Below, in pieces: positions 1 to 10,348 of a stretch of 64,000 bases of DNA. Both the position numbers and the translations under genes were made by a program. Source of the stretch: Pseudomonadota bacterium (GTDB taxonomy: Bacteria > Pseudomonadota > Gammaproteobacteria > Pseudomonadales > JADFDG01); the NCBI GenBank assembly GCA_049323295.1, contig JBMOON010000050.1, positions 344,790 to 408,789 of the forward strand, in the 5' to 3' direction. Position 1 is the first letter of the stretch. The number at the start of each line of letters is the position of its first letter. The notes beneath the pieces are model-generated. The model was not told the origin of the DNA, ran no database searches, and saw only the letters and a list, made by a program, of their open reading frames with translations.

Positions 1-243
1 CCGGCGCAGGACGTCGGCCGGCGGCGGCGCGGCCTTGCGGGCGGCCATCTGCAGCCGCACGTCGCTCATGCGGGCGGCAACATCGCTCTCCATGATCACG
101 TCGTTGTCGACGATGGCGGCGATACGGTCCAGCCATTGCACTTCGGCGCGCGCGCCGGCGGCCAGCATCAGCAGGATGACGGCGAGCCATGCCGTGCCGT
201 TGCGGCGGGAGCGCTCAGGGAAGTGCATGCTTGCGATTTTCAT
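1..243 (-). CDS. surA: SurA periplasmic chaperone/PPIase, N-terminal fragment (gene runs off left edge)
   Basis: Reverse-strand translation from ATG at 241-243 gives MKIASMHFPERSRRNGTAWLAVILLMLAAGARA then EVQWLDRIAAIVDNDVIMESDV. This is a signal peptide followed by a SurA-like N-terminal segment. It lies directly downstream of lptD and overlaps its last 29 nt. It is absent from the ORF track because it is truncated by the window edge. Confidence 0.7.
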   Translation of the reverse strand, partial: MKIASMHFPERSRRNGTAWLAVILLMLAAGARAEVQWLDRIAAIVDNDVIMESDVAARMSDVRLQMAARKAAPPPADVLRR

Positions 244-2659
244 AGCCGGGAATGGTCTCCGCGAGTTCGGCGCTGATTTTCTCGCCCAGGCTGCCGAGTC
301 CCTTGAGCTCCAGTTCGAAGATGATGCTGTTTTCCGGCACCAGGGCGGCGCTGCCGGTTTCGATGTCGAGCGTGTGGCGGGCGAGGATGCGGGCGCGCCA
401 GCAGCAGCTTTCGTATTCGATGCCGCCCAGCGCCTCCAGCGAGCGCGCCGTCTCGAAATCGAACACCCAGCGGCCGACCAGGCTCCATGCGGCGTCGACC
501 GGCAACAGTCCGGAAAGTTCCGCCTGGTCGATGCCGGGATTGTCGTAGCGGTAAGCGAGGTTCGCGGTGCGGAAGGCTTCGTCCTGCCAGCCGGCGCGCA
601 GGCTGCCGCGGACGAATTCCCGGTCCTGCGGTTCCCATTGCCCTTCCGCGCGGGCGCTCCAGCGCTTGCTGAGCCGCCACAGGGCATTGGCAACGAAGGG
701 CGAGTAGCGTTCGGTCTCCACCGGGTCGAGCGTCGACATCTGCACCCGGCGATCGGCATCGAACAGGGTCTGGCCGATGCCCAGACGTCCGGACTCGCTG
801 CCGTCGGGGCCGATGAAGCGGCTTTCGAGGGCCAGCGAGACCTGGCGGGCATCGCCGATCCGGTCGCCGCCGGCAAAACGGTTGTCGCGGAACAGCTGGT
901 CGTAGCTGAACGTCATCGCCGTGGTGTCGAAAAGCGGAATGTCGTCCTGGTTTTCGTACGGTGTCCACAGTGCGTAGAAACGCGGCTCCAGTGTCTGTGT
1001 CCAGTCGCGGTCGTGCAGGCGGAAGCTGCGCTCGAGGAACAGCGTTCCGTCGAGGGAGGCGGTGGGGATGGTGCGCGACAGCGAATCTCCGGTCGGATTC
1101 TGTTCGAGATCGTATCCGGCATGACGCGCCTTCAGCGTCGGCACCAGACGGAAGCTGTCGCGGGCCAGCGGCCAGCGCACCACCGGCTCCATCCGCAGGC
1201 GGGCACCGTGCGGATCGGCGATGTCGATGTCGCGGTCGAACAGCGAGTACTCGGCGAGGCCCCCCCATTCGAGTCCGCCGGCGACCGGTTGCAGGGCAAC
1301 GAACTGCAGCTGCGGCAGGCGGCGATAGGGCTGGTCGGAAAGCGGAATGGTCGGGTCGATCGTCTGGTAGGCCTGCACGCGGGCCAGTGCGCTCCAGCGG
1401 TCGGCGGTATGCCGGACCTGGGCCACGCGCAGCAGGTGGGCCTCGCGGTTCACCGAAATCTGCGCGTCGATGTCGTCGAGGTAGTCGTTGTCGGAAACTT
1501 CGGTGGCATCGGCATACAGCTGCCAGCCGTCCGCCGGCGCGCCGCTGTGCCGGAAGCGGACCGCATAGCGATCGTCATTGTTGTAGAGGGCGTCGCGGCC
1601 GATCCAGCCGACGCCGAGCTCGCCGTTGCCGTACGAGGCAGCGGGCGCTCCGTGCAGATAGCGGAACTGTGCCGATCCCGCCTTGCCGCGTTCCTCGATC
1701 CAGCGCGGCGTCAGCAGGAGGTCGTATTGCGGATCCAGGTTGATGTAGTACGGCACGGAAATGTCGGTGCCGCTTTCGCTGGAGAAATTGAAGGTCGGGT
1801 ACAGGATGCCGGTGCGCCGGCGCTTGTCGATCGGGAAGGTGATGTAGGGAACGTAGAGCACGGGCACCCGCTGCACCTGCAGGCGTACGTGGCTGGCGCT
1901 GCCCCAGCCGGCTTCCTGGTCGAGGCGGATGCGGTGTGCGGCGAGCAGCCAGGCGGCATTGCCGGGTTCGCAGGTGGTGTAGGCCCCGCCCTGGATTTCC
2001 ACGCGGTAGATGTCCTCGCGGTTGATCGCGTCCGCGCTGCCGCGGATATTCGATGCGTGCACGGCGTAACGCGTATCGCGGATGTGACTGCCGCTGCCGT
2101 CGAGCGTGAGTTCGGCGCGCGACGCTTCCAGAGTCATCGACGGATCCTGCAGGTAGACGTTCCCGTCGAGCAGCAGTTTGTCGCGTGCGGCGGAAATCAC
2201 CGCTCGTTCGGCACGCATCATGTTCTGCCCCTGACGGACCTCGACGCTGCCGGCGACCTGCGACTCTCCGTTCTCGTCCAGCTGCATCCGGTCGGCGGCC
2301 ACGTAGACCGGCGCACCGAGGCCGCGATCGTCGCCGTCGAGCGGCGGCAGCGGCGGTGCGACGTAGGCGCCGCCGCAAGCCGGCGCGATCAAGGGCACGC
2401 CGGCCGCCGGGAATGCGCGCAATTCTTCCCGGGTGTAGAAGTTGAGCGGGCGATAGGCCTGCACCGGGCCGAGTGGCGGTGCCGGTGGTGCCTGGGCATT
2501 GGCGACGGCATCCGCGGCCACGGCGTCGATGGCGGCGGCATCGATGGTCGTTGACGTATCGTCGAGCGGTACGCCGGCCGACGCGGACTCCGCAGGCGGC
2601 TGCGCCGATGCCGCGCCGGCAAGCGAGACGAGCAGCGCAAGCGAAAGACGCAGGGTCAT
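215..2659 (-). CDS. lptD: LPS-assembly outer-membrane protein LptD (OstA/Imp)
   Basis: Track ORF 215..4027(-) trimmed to the internal ATG at 2657-2659, which starts the signal peptide MTLRLSLALLVSLAGAASA. The rest is an OstA-like N-terminal region followed by a long beta-barrel region, about 814 aa. It has the lptD-surA arrangement and is divergent from amgK/murU as in Pseudomonas. Confidence 0.9.
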   Translation of the reverse strand: MTLRLSLALLVSLAGAASAQPPAESASAGVPLDDTSTTIDAAAIDAVAADAVANAQAPPAPPLGPVQAYRPLNFYTREELRAFPAAGVPLIAPACGGAYVAPPLPPLDGDDRGLGAPVYVAADRMQLDENGESQVAGSVEVRQGQNMMRAERAVISAARDKLLLDGNVYLQDPSMTLEASRAELTLDGSGSHIRDTRYAVHASNIRGSADAINREDIYRVEIQGGAYTTCEPGNAAWLLAAHRIRLDQEAGWGSASHVRLQVQRVPVLYVPYITFPIDKRRRTGILYPTFNFSSESGTDISVPYYINLDPQYDLLLTPRWIEERGKAGSAQFRYLHGAPAASYGNGELGVGWIGRDALYNNDDRYAVRFRHSGAPADGWQLYADATEVSDNDYLDDIDAQISVNREAHLLRVAQVRHTADRWSALARVQAYQTIDPTIPLSDQPYRRLPQLQFVALQPVAGGLEWGGLAEYSLFDRDIDIADPHGARLRMEPVVRWPLARDSFRLVPTLKARHAGYDLEQNPTGDSLSRTIPTASLDGTLFLERSFRLHDRDWTQTLEPRFYALWTPYENQDDIPLFDTTAMTFSYDQLFRDNRFAGGDRIGDARQVSLALESRFIGPDGSESGRLGIGQTLFDADRRVQMSTLDPVETERYSPFVANALWRLSKRWSARAEGQWEPQDREFVRGSLRAGWQDEAFRTANLAYRYDNPGIDQAELSGLLPVDAAWSLVGRWVFDFETARSLEALGGIEYESCCWRARILARHTLDIETGSAALVPENSIIFELELKGLGSLGEKISAELAETIPGYENRKHALP

Positions 2660-2806
2660 GGGTGGGGAAACGGATGGCGAGGCTGTCACGATGAAGGTCG
2701 GATCATATATGATCCGCGCGGTTTTTTGCAGGAATAACCGGCACTTGCCGGAGCGACTCCGGCCCCGCCACGCGGCCGGGACAGACCAGACGAAACGGTA
2801 ACGCCC

Positions 2807-3865
2807 ATGTCGCTCGTCGAGCGTGCTGCCCGGCTCACTGCCTGGGCGGTCGAGCAAGCCAGTCGCCGCGGCCACGCGGTCCCCGTTCCCGAGCTGCAGG
2901 CGGTGTCGGGCGACGCGAGTTTCCGCCGTTATTTCCGGCTGGCAACCGATGCCGGCCCCTTCATCGCGGTCGATGCGCCGCCGGACAAGGAAAACCTGCG
3001 GCCCTTCGTCGCCATTGCGCGGGCGTTGCGCGAGAACGGCTCGCACGCGCCGGACGTGCTGGCGGTCGATCACGAACTCGGCTTCATGCTGCTCGAGGAT
3101 TTCGGCGACCGCCTCTTGCTGCCGGCACTGAACGACGACAGTGCCGATGCGCTTTACGGCCTGGCGATGCGCGAGCTGGTGCGCCTGCAGGATGTCGCCG
3201 ATGTCCACGGCTATCGTCTGCCGCCCTATGATCGCGCCCGCCTGATGACCGAGATGGAGTTGTTTCGCGACTGGTTCGTCAAGGTTCATCTGGAGCTCGA
3301 ACTGACGGCCGGCGAGCTCGCGGTGCTGGACGATGCGTGTATGCGCATCGCCGATGACAATCTTGCGCAGCCGACGGTGTTCGTGCACCGCGACTACCAC
3401 TCGCGCAACCTGATGCTGCTCGATGCCGCACACGGTGTCGGCGAGCTGGGTATCATCGATTTCCAGGATGCCGTCACCGGGCCGGTGACCTACGATCTGG
3501 TTTCCCTGTTGCGTGACGCCTACGTGGTGTGGCCGCCGGAGCGCGTGGCTGCCTGGGCAAGGCAGTGTGCACGCCTGTTGCGCGACGAACGCCGGATCGA
3601 TGTCGACGACACCGTTTTCATGCGCTGGTTCGACTGGATGGGTGCGCAGCGACATCTCAAGGTGGTCGGAATTTTTGCCCGCCTGTGGCATCGCGACGGC
3701 AAGGCCGGCTATCTCGAAGACATTCCGCGCGTATTCAACTACCTGCTGGGCGAGATCCGCGACTATCCCGAACTGGCGCCGCTCGACAGCCTGTTGCGCA
3801 CCCGTATCCTGCCGGCCTATCTGGCGAAAAAACCCGAAGCGCGGTCGTTCCTGACTGCCCTGTGA
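2807..3865 (+). CDS. amgK: Aminoglycoside-phosphotransferase-fold kinase, anomeric MurNAc/GlcNAc kinase-like
   Basis: 352-aa ORF with the N-terminal [11 protein letters not shown] motif and [10 protein letters not shown] catalytic-loop motif of the APH/choline-kinase fold. It sits directly upstream of a MurU-like nucleotidyltransferase and divergent from lptD, which is the Pseudomonas amgK-murU context. Confidence 0.75.
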   Translation: MSLVERAARLTAWAVEQASRRGHAVPVPELQAVSGDASFRRYFRLATDAGPFIAVDAPPDKENLRPFVAIARALRENGSHAPDVLAVDHELGFMLLEDFGDRLLLPALNDDSADALYGLAMRELVRLQDVADVHGYRLPPYDRARLMTEMELFRDWFVKVHLELELTAGELAVLDDACMRIADDNLAQPTVFVHRDYHSRNLMLLDAAHGVGELGIIDFQDAVTGPVTYDLVSLLRDAYVVWPPERVAAWARQCARLLRDERRIDVDDTVFMRWFDWMGAQRHLKVVGIFARLWHRDGKAGYLEDIPRVFNYLLGEIRDYPELAPLDSLLRTRILPAYLAKKPEARSFLTAL

Positions 3866-3872
3866 GGCGCCG

Positions 3873-4553
3873 ATGAAAGCGATGATTCTCGCGGCCGGCC
3901 TCGGCACCCGCCTGCGACCGCTGACCGATACCCTGCCCAAGCCGCTGATCGAGGCCGGTGGCCGGCCGCTGATCGGCTGGCATCTGGAAAAACTGGCGTC
4001 GCTCGGCATTCGCGAAGTCGTCGTCAATCACGCCTGGCTCGGCGACGTGCTCGAACGCACGCTGGGCGACGGCGCATCCTACGGTGTGCGCATCGACTGG
4101 TCGCGCGAGGGCATGCCGCCGCTGGAAACCGCCGGCGGCATCCGTCGCGCGCTGCCGCTGCTGGGCAGCGAACCCTTCCTGCTGGTCAACGGTGACATCT
4201 GGAGCGATTTCGATTTTGCCGCCCTGCCGGGCGTGCGCGCACCGCTGGCCGAGGATGTCGATGCGCATCTGGTGCTGGTGCCGAATCCCGATTTCCATCC
4301 GCGAGGCGATTTTCACCTCGACGCGCGCGGCCGCGTGCAGGCCGACGGTATGCCGCGGCACACATTCGCCGGCATCAGCGTCCTGCGGCCGCAATTGTTC
4401 GCCGGCTTGCCCGAGGGACCTTATCCGCTGGCACCGGTATTGCGGACGGCGATGGCGGCCGGCCGCGTAACCGGCACGCTGCATGCCGGCCGCTGGACGG
4501 ACGTCGGTACACCGGAGCGGCTGCAGCAACTGCGCGCGGAGCTCGGCGGCTGA
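3873..4553 (+). CDS. murU: N-acetylmuramate alpha-1-phosphate uridylyltransferase-like nucleotidyltransferase
   Basis: 226 aa. The N-terminal [25 protein letters not shown] is the sugar-nucleotidyltransferase G-x-G-T-R-L signature. GAGG lies upstream of the ATG, and the gene follows amgK after 7 nt. Confidence 0.75.
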   Translation: MKAMILAAGLGTRLRPLTDTLPKPLIEAGGRPLIGWHLEKLASLGIREVVVNHAWLGDVLERTLGDGASYGVRIDWSREGMPPLETAGGIRRALPLLGSEPFLLVNGDIWSDFDFAALPGVRAPLAEDVDAHLVLVPNPDFHPRGDFHLDARGRVQADGMPRHTFAGISVLRPQLFAGLPEGPYPLAPVLRTAMAAGRVTGTLHAGRWTDVGTPERLQQLRAELGG

Positions 4554-4563
4554 CGACGCCGGC

Positions 4564-7140
4564 TCAGGTCGTGCGGCGACAGTGCTGGTGCAGGATGTCG
4601 CCGAGGGCGCCGAGCGTCACCGGTTTCACGATGTGTCCGTCCATGCCGGCTTCGCGCGCCATGGCGCTGTACTCCGGCAGTGCGTGCGCGCTCAGCGCGA
4701 GAATGGGGCAGCGCCGCCAGTGGTGTGCCGTTTCCAGTTTGCGGATGGCGCGTGCGGCGGCATTGCCGTCCAGCACCGGCATGTCGAGATCCATCAGCAC
4801 GAGATCGTACTGGCCGGCCTGCGCGTGATAGCGCTCCACCGCCTGCCGACCGTCCGCCACCACTTCCGCATCGATGCCCAGCTTGCCCAGCATGCCGCGC
4901 GTCACCAGCTGGTTCACCGGATTGTCTTCCGCCACCAGCACGCGCAAACCGGTCGGCAGGATCGCGCGCGCCGGCCCGGTCGGCAGGCTGGCGACATGGG
5001 CGGCCTTTTGCTCGGGCGGCGACAGCAGTTCGGCCAGCTGGCCGGCGGTGAAAACCGAGCGCGCGACGACATCCTGGATCGAAGGATGTCCGCTGGCCGC
5101 CGGATGCGCCGACGTGTCGGCGCCGACGGCCACCAGCAGTCTGATGCGCAGCGCGGGGTGGGCGGCCGCCAGGTGATCGGCAATGACGACGGCATCCTGC
5201 GGCCGGCGCTGGCCGTTGATCACCACGAAGCGTAGATCGGGGTGCAGGTCGAGCATGCGGATGGCGTCCGGTTCGCTGACCGCGACGGTGACGTGCTCGG
5301 CAATGGCGTCCGGCAGGGCCGAGACCGCCCGGGCCAGATGGCCTTCGGTGTCGAGCAGCAGCGTGGCGGCGGGCAGGGGCAGCGGCTGTTCCGGCGGGCG
5401 GATGGATGCGGTGGATTCCAGCGGCAGTTCGAACCAGAACACCGAGCCGGCGCCGACGCCGCTGTAGACGCCGATGCTGCCGCCCATCAGGCGCACCAGT
5501 TCGCGGCTGATGCTGAGGCCGAGGCCGGTGCCGCCGAACCGGCGCGACACTTCCGGCGAGGCCTGGGTGAACAGGTTGAACAGGTTCTGTTGCTGGGCCG
5601 GCGTCAGGCCGATGCCGGTGTCCCGCACTTCCACCCGCAGGCGCGGCGCGCCGTCGTTGCCGACGGCGCGTTCGGCATGTACCTCGATGCGTCCCTGTTC
5701 GGTGAACTTCACCGCATTGCCGATCAGGTTGAGCAGGATCTGCCGGATACGCGTCGGGTCACCGGTGATCAGCGGCGGTACATCGTCGTCGGCGACGCAG
5801 AAGATCAGCGTGCGGTTCTCGCCGGCGCGCAGCCCGAATACCTGCGCGCTCTCGGCAATGACGGCCCGGATGTCGACCGGCGTGCGTTCGAGATCCAGCT
5901 TGCCGGCTTCGATCTTGGCGTGATCGAGAATGTCGTTGACCAGGTTGACCAGCGAACGGCCGGCATTGCCGATCAATTCGATGTATTCCTGCTGGCGCGG
6001 TGTCGGCTGGGTATCGGCGAGCAGCTCCGCGAGACCGATCATGCCGTTGAGCGGCGTGCGGATTTCGTGGCTCATGCGGGCCAGAAACAGGCTCTTGGCG
6101 CGGTTTTCGGCCTGCGCCTGCAGGGCAGTGTAGCGGGTGCGGAAGAACAGCACGGCCAGCGTGGTCACGGTGCAGAACAGCAGCACCACACCGAAGGCGG
6201 TGAAGAGATCGAGCCGCAATTGTTCGCCGCGTGCGGCATGGACCTGCTGGTGAGCCAGTTCGGTCAGGCGGTTGCCGGTCTGGCGCAGGTCGGCGAGAGT
6301 CTGTTCGCCCCGTTCCCATTCGACGCGCCAGTCCGGTCCGATCTGCGGCGACAGGATCAGCGAATCCTCGGTGGCGACCAGGTAGGTACGCAGTGCGTTC
6401 AGTTCATCGTCGGCCACCGCCGAGCCGGCGGTGCGCAACAGTTTTGCGCTGCCCAGTTCCGTGCGCAGGTTTTTCTCGAGATCGCTGAGCTCGCTCCAGG
6501 CGTTGTCCAGCGTCTCGGCATCGGTGGACGCCAGGTAACCGTCGCGCAGCGACGTATAGACGGCGATCGAGCGGACCATGCCCAGTTCCTGCCGGGCCCG
6601 CCGCAGGGTGTCCAGGGCGAGCATCAGCAATTCGCGGGCGTTGGCGCCTTCGCCGGCATCCATGTCGGAGATGAAGAACAGCGACTCCATGGCGCCGTAG
6701 ATTTCGTCGTTGAAGCGCTCGACGTTCTCGAACGGCACGACCGGGTTCGACATGTTGTTGGCGTCGATCGTCAGTTCGCGCCATGCGGTATCGATGCGTT
6801 CCGCACTGTTGTCGAGGCTGACGTTGTCGAAGGCGCGCAGGCGGGCAAGGAACTCGGCGAGCTGCGCCTGCGCCTGATCGCGCGCGATCTGGTAGCGGCG
6901 GTGCACTTCCGGTGCGTTGACGAAGACGTTGGCGGCAGCCAGATCGCGCATCGACTCGACCGGTTCCACGGCAGCCAGACCGGCGCGGAAACTGGCGAGC
7001 ACCTCGTCCATGCGGTCGTAGCGTTCCATGTGGTCCGCCGCCGTGTCCGCCAGCAGCCAGACCAGCAGCAGGAACGGCAGGGCGATGGCCGCGATGGCCG
7101 GCAGGGTCCCGGACCAGATGGATTCCTTTCCGTGCGGCAT
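4564..7140 (-). CDS. Hybrid sensor histidine kinase/response regulator with periplasmic helical (possibly NIT-like) sensor domain
   Basis: Track ORF 4564..8991(-) trimmed to MPHGKESIWSGTLPAIAAIALPFLLLVWLL (ATG at 7138-7140). Domain order: TM, periplasmic domain of about 300 aa, TM, HisKA (ARMSHEIRTPLNG), HATPase (GTGLGLSISRELV), a degenerate receiver-like segment, then a canonical receiver (RVLVAEDNPVNQ ... DLVLMDLDMPVLDG). The NIT assignment is tentative. Confidence 0.85.
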   Translation of the reverse strand: MPHGKESIWSGTLPAIAAIALPFLLLVWLLADTAADHMERYDRMDEVLASFRAGLAAVEPVESMRDLAAANVFVNAPEVHRRYQIARDQAQAQLAEFLARLRAFDNVSLDNSAERIDTAWRELTIDANNMSNPVVPFENVERFNDEIYGAMESLFFISDMDAGEGANARELLMLALDTLRRARQELGMVRSIAVYTSLRDGYLASTDAETLDNAWSELSDLEKNLRTELGSAKLLRTAGSAVADDELNALRTYLVATEDSLILSPQIGPDWRVEWERGEQTLADLRQTGNRLTELAHQQVHAARGEQLRLDLFTAFGVVLLFCTVTTLAVLFFRTRYTALQAQAENRAKSLFLARMSHEIRTPLNGMIGLAELLADTQPTPRQQEYIELIGNAGRSLVNLVNDILDHAKIEAGKLDLERTPVDIRAVIAESAQVFGLRAGENRTLIFCVADDDVPPLITGDPTRIRQILLNLIGNAVKFTEQGRIEVHAERAVGNDGAPRLRVEVRDTGIGLTPAQQQNLFNLFTQASPEVSRRFGGTGLGLSISRELVRLMGGSIGVYSGVGAGSVFWFELPLESTASIRPPEQPLPLPAATLLLDTEGHLARAVSALPDAIAEHVTVAVSEPDAIRMLDLHPDLRFVVINGQRRPQDAVVIADHLAAAHPALRIRLLVAVGADTSAHPAASGHPSIQDVVARSVFTAGQLAELLSPPEQKAAHVASLPTGPARAILPTGLRVLVAEDNPVNQLVTRGMLGKLGIDAEVVADGRQAVERYHAQAGQYDLVLMDLDMPVLDGNAAARAIRKLETAHHWRRCPILALSAHALPEYSAMAREAGMDGHIVKPVTLGALGDILHQHCRRTT

Positions 7141-7308
7141 GTACGTGGGCAATCCGGTGCAGTCGGATGCCCATTTTGCCCTGTTCCGGGGGGTGGCCGA
7201 CACCGCAGGGCGCGGGAAAGCGGGCTGCCGTCGGAGGCTTCCCATCGGCGGCGCTTTCACGCATCGTGCGCACTCGCAGTCCCGCCTGGCCGTTATGGTG
7301 CACCCGCC

Positions 7309-8811
7309 ATGTCCGATCCGATCCTGCTCGCCCGTCATGCCGGCAACTCGACCCATCTGCTGCCGGCCATGGCCAATCGCCACGGTCTCATCGCCGGTGC
7401 CACCGGTACCGGCAAGACGATCAGCCTGCGGGTACTGGCCGAGGCGTTCAGCCGGCGCGGCGTACCGGTGTTCATGGCGGACGTGAAAGGCGATCTGACC
7501 GGCATGGCAGCGGCCGGCGGCGACAATCCGAAAATCGCCGCGCGCGCGCAGGAGCTGGCCATCGACGGCTGGAAGCCGGAAGGTTTTCCGGTCGCGTTCT
7601 GGGATCTGTGGGCCGAGCAGGGAACGCCGGTGCGCGCCACGGTCGCCGACTTCGGACCGTTGTTGCTCGGCCGGGTGCTCGAGCTGAACGAAACGCAGGC
7701 CGGAGTGCTGACGCTGGTGTTCAAGGTGGCAGCCGACGAAAAACAGCTGCTGCTGGATCTCAGGGACCTGCGCGGGATGCTGGCGCACGTGGCGGCCAAC
7801 GCAGCGCAATACCAGACCAGCTACGGCAACGTGGCGGCGGCTTCGGTGGGCGCGATCCAGCGCGCGCTGCTGGCCCTCGAGCAACAGGGCGCCGACCGCT
7901 TTTTCGGCGAGCCGGCGCTGGCGCTGGCGGATTTCATGCAGCAGCGCGACGGCAAGGGCGTGATCAATATCCTCGCCGCCGACCGGCTGCTGGCATCGCC
8001 GCGTCTGTACGCCACGTTTCTGCTGTGGATGCTGAACGAGCTGTTCGAGACGCTGCCGGAAGCCGGCGACCTGGCGCAGCCGAAACTGGTGTTTTTCTTC
8101 GACGAGGCCCACCTGTTGTTCAACGATGCGCCGAAGGCGCTGGTCGATCGCATCGAACAGGTGGTCCGGTTGATCCGCTCGAAAGGGGTCGGCGTCTATT
8201 TCGTCACCCAGAACCCGATCGACATTCCGGAAACCGTTCTTGGTCAACTCGGCAACCGCGTGCAGCACGCACTGCGGGCGTTCTCGCCGCGTGAACAGAA
8301 GGCGGTGAAAGCCGCGGCGGAAACTTTCCGACCGAATCCGGCGGTGGACGTCGCGCAGGCGATCACCGAGCTGGGCGTCGGCGAGGCGCTGGTCTCCGTG
8401 CTGGATGCGAAGGGCACGCCGACCATGGTCGAGCGGGCCCTGATCGTGCCGCCGGTATCGCGCATCGTGCCGTTGGCGCCGGCGGAAAAGGCGGCACTGG
8501 TCGCCGCATCGCCGCTGCATGCGAAATACCTGCAGACGGTCGATCGCGAATCGGCGCACGAGGTTCTGCAGAAGCGTCTCGCGCAGCGCGATGCGCAGGC
8601 AGACAGCGAGGCCTCGCTGCGCCGGGCACCGGCGGAAGACGGTGCCGGCCCGGCCGGCAAGGCCGCTGCCGGCGGCGTTCTTGCCATGCTGGGCGGCGGC
8701 TTTGTCTGGCTGCTGAAAACAGTGCTGCGCACCATCGGCTACCAGATCGCGCGCGACATCGCCCGGCGGGCACTCGGGCGTGGCGCCGTCGGGGCACGCC
8801 GCCGCCGCTGA
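7309..8811 (+). CDS. yjgR: HerA-like P-loop ATPase, DUF853 (YjgR) family
   Basis: In-frame ATG at 7309 within track ORF 5242..8811. The product starts MSDPILLARHAGNSTHLLPAMANRHGLIAGATGTGKT (Walker A) and contains KLVFFFDEAHLLF (Walker B). It is about 500 aa with a basic C-terminal tail, typical of YjgR/DUF853. Confidence 0.85.
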   Translation: MSDPILLARHAGNSTHLLPAMANRHGLIAGATGTGKTISLRVLAEAFSRRGVPVFMADVKGDLTGMAAAGGDNPKIAARAQELAIDGWKPEGFPVAFWDLWAEQGTPVRATVADFGPLLLGRVLELNETQAGVLTLVFKVAADEKQLLLDLRDLRGMLAHVAANAAQYQTSYGNVAAASVGAIQRALLALEQQGADRFFGEPALALADFMQQRDGKGVINILAADRLLASPRLYATFLLWMLNELFETLPEAGDLAQPKLVFFFDEAHLLFNDAPKALVDRIEQVVRLIRSKGVGVYFVTQNPIDIPETVLGQLGNRVQHALRAFSPREQKAVKAAAETFRPNPAVDVAQAITELGVGEALVSVLDAKGTPTMVERALIVPPVSRIVPLAPAEKAALVAASPLHAKYLQTVDRESAHEVLQKRLAQRDAQADSEASLRRAPAEDGAGPAGKAAAGGVLAMLGGGFVWLLKTVLRTIGYQIARDIARRALGRGAVGARRRR

Positions 8812-8971
8812 CCGCCAGCGGTAAACGCCGCCGGGCGATCCGTTTCCTGCCGCCGCCGCTGGTCGGCTGTCGGCGCCCCGCGGCCGGGAGGCGGGTTCCT
8901 GCCAGACGGATACATCGTGTATACCTTGGCCCGGGCCGCATGCCGCCGGCCGTCCGCCATCCGGAGTTCCG

Positions 8972-10348
8972 ATGACATCGCTGCTCGCCACCCTGCGCGA
9001 CTACAAGGGTTTTGCCGACATCCGTCCCGCGCCGCCGGCGAAGGACCGGACCATTCCCCGCGACCCCGGCCTGCCGCTGCTGGGCTACACGCTGGATTTC
9101 CTGCGCGATCCGCTGGCGCTCAGCGAGCGGCTGTATCGCCGCAACGGCGACATCGTGCGTACGCGCATGGTGCAGGAAGTGGTGATGATGTACGGCCCGG
9201 AGGCCAACCAGTTCGTGCTGCAGAACACCGATCAGCAGTTCTCCAGCGAGTGGGGCTGGTGGTACCACCTGCACCGCGTGTTCCCGGACAACGTGATGAT
9301 GATGGACGGCGACCATCACTGGTTCCAGCGCAAGCTGATGGCACATGCCTTCAAGAAACCGCAGCTGGTCGATTACCTGGCGCGCATGAATCCCGAGATC
9401 CGGCGCGGCATCGCCGGTTTCCCGACCGGCGAGCGGGTGCTGATGTTCCCGCAGGTGAAGAAGCTCACGCTCGACCTCGGCGCGCGCATCTTCATGGGTG
9501 CCGAGCTCGGCGCTGCCGCTGATCAGGTGAACCGGGATTTTCTCACCATCGTGGAGGCAGCGACCGCCATCGTGCGCGATCCGGTGCCGGGCACGCTGAT
9601 GGCGCGCGGCGTACGGGCAAGGCGGCGACTGGAAGATTATTTCTTCGGCCTGATCGCCGAAAAGCGCCGGCAGCCGGGCGCCGATTTCTTCAGCCAGTTC
9701 TGCGTGGCGGAAACCGAGGACGGCGGGCGCTTCACCGACCGCCAGATCGTCGACCACATGATTTTCCTGATGATGGCTGCGCACGACACCACAACCTCGA
9801 CGCTGACCACCATGGTCTATGCGCTGGGCAAGGACCAGGCCTGGCAGGAGCGCCTGCGGGAAAGCAGCCGCGCGTTTCCCGGCGACGAGCTGGAATTCGA
9901 TCAGTTGCAGCAGCTGACGGAACACGAATGGGCGATGAACGAGGCGCTGCGCATGTATCCGCCGCTGACCTCGATGCCGCGCGGCGTGGCGAAGGACTGC
10001 GAGTTCCGGGGCTACCGGCTGTATCGCGGCGAGCTGGTCGGCATTTCGCCGATCCTGACCCATTACCTGCCGGAGTACTGGAGCAATCCGCACGCCTACG
10101 ACCCGGAACGCTTCTCGCCGGCACGGGCAGAACAAAAAAAGAATTTCTTCCAGTTCATTCCCTTCGGCGGCGGGCACCATACCTGCCTCGGCCAGCATTT
10201 CGCCGTCATCCAGGTGAAGGCGCTGATGCACCAGTTGCTGCGCAACTACCGCTGGAGCGTGCCGCGGGATTACCGTATCCCGTACCAGCTGGTGCCGATC
10301 GTCAAGCCGAAGGACGATCTGCCGCTGAATCTGCAGCGGCTGCGCTGA
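8972..10348 (+). CDS. Cytochrome P450
   Basis: 458 aa. It has the heme-thiolate loop FIPFGGGHHTCLGQHF (F-x-x-G-x-x-x-C-x-G) and an I-helix-like MMAAHDTTTS. GGAG lies upstream of the ATG. No ferredoxin or reductase partner is adjacent. Confidence 0.9.
   Translation: MTSLLATLRDYKGFADIRPAPPAKDRTIPRDPGLPLLGYTLDFLRDPLALSERLYRRNGDIVRTRMVQEVVMMYGPEANQFVLQNTDQQFSSEWGWWYHLHRVFPDNVMMMDGDHHWFQRKLMAHAFKKPQLVDYLARMNPEIRRGIAGFPTGERVLMFPQVKKLTLDLGARIFMGAELGAAADQVNRDFLTIVEAATAIVRDPVPGTLMARGVRARRRLEDYFFGLIAEKRRQPGADFFSQFCVAETEDGGRFTDRQIVDHMIFLMMAAHDTTTSTLTTMVYALGKDQAWQERLRESSRAFPGDELEFDQLQQLTEHEWAMNEALRMYPPLTSMPRGVAKDCEFRGYRLYRGELVGISPILTHYLPEYWSNPHAYDPERFSPARAEQKKNFFQFIPFGGGHHTCLGQHFAVIQVKALMHQLLRNYRWSVPRDYRIPYQLVPIVKPKDDLPLNLQRLR

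Noticed and set aside
35-2554. Very long ORFs antisense to recognised genes. Examples: 35..2554(+), the upstream part of 5242..8811(+), 8363..10231(-), 10893..12983(+), 16812..18104(+), 18329..19870(-), 20320..21705(-), 35591..37159(+), 38754..40517(+), 41381..42796(+), 43307..45850(+), 47558..48937(-), 48613..49992(-), 51889..53895(-), 54750..57581(+), 57203..58810(-).
   Set aside because: Each lies opposite a gene with unmistakable family motifs. Their translations are Arg/Ala/Gly/Pro-rich low-complexity strings typical of shadow frames in GC-rich DNA. None has a recognisable motif or a convincing SD.
7141-7245. Alternative upstream start (MGSLRRQPAF...) for the hybrid kinase at 4564-7140.
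   Set aside because: The upstream extension adds a non-hydrophobic, Arg/Pro-rich segment typical of intergenic GC-rich translation. The chosen start immediately precedes the first TM helix. The true start remains unverified.
7309-8811. HerA-like ATPase (YjgR/DUF853) as a possible anti-phage defence component.
   Set aside because: It stands alone, with no adjacent nuclease, Sir2, DUF4297 or other partner. It sits among conserved chromosomal genes, and the family is widespread as a single housekeeping-context gene.
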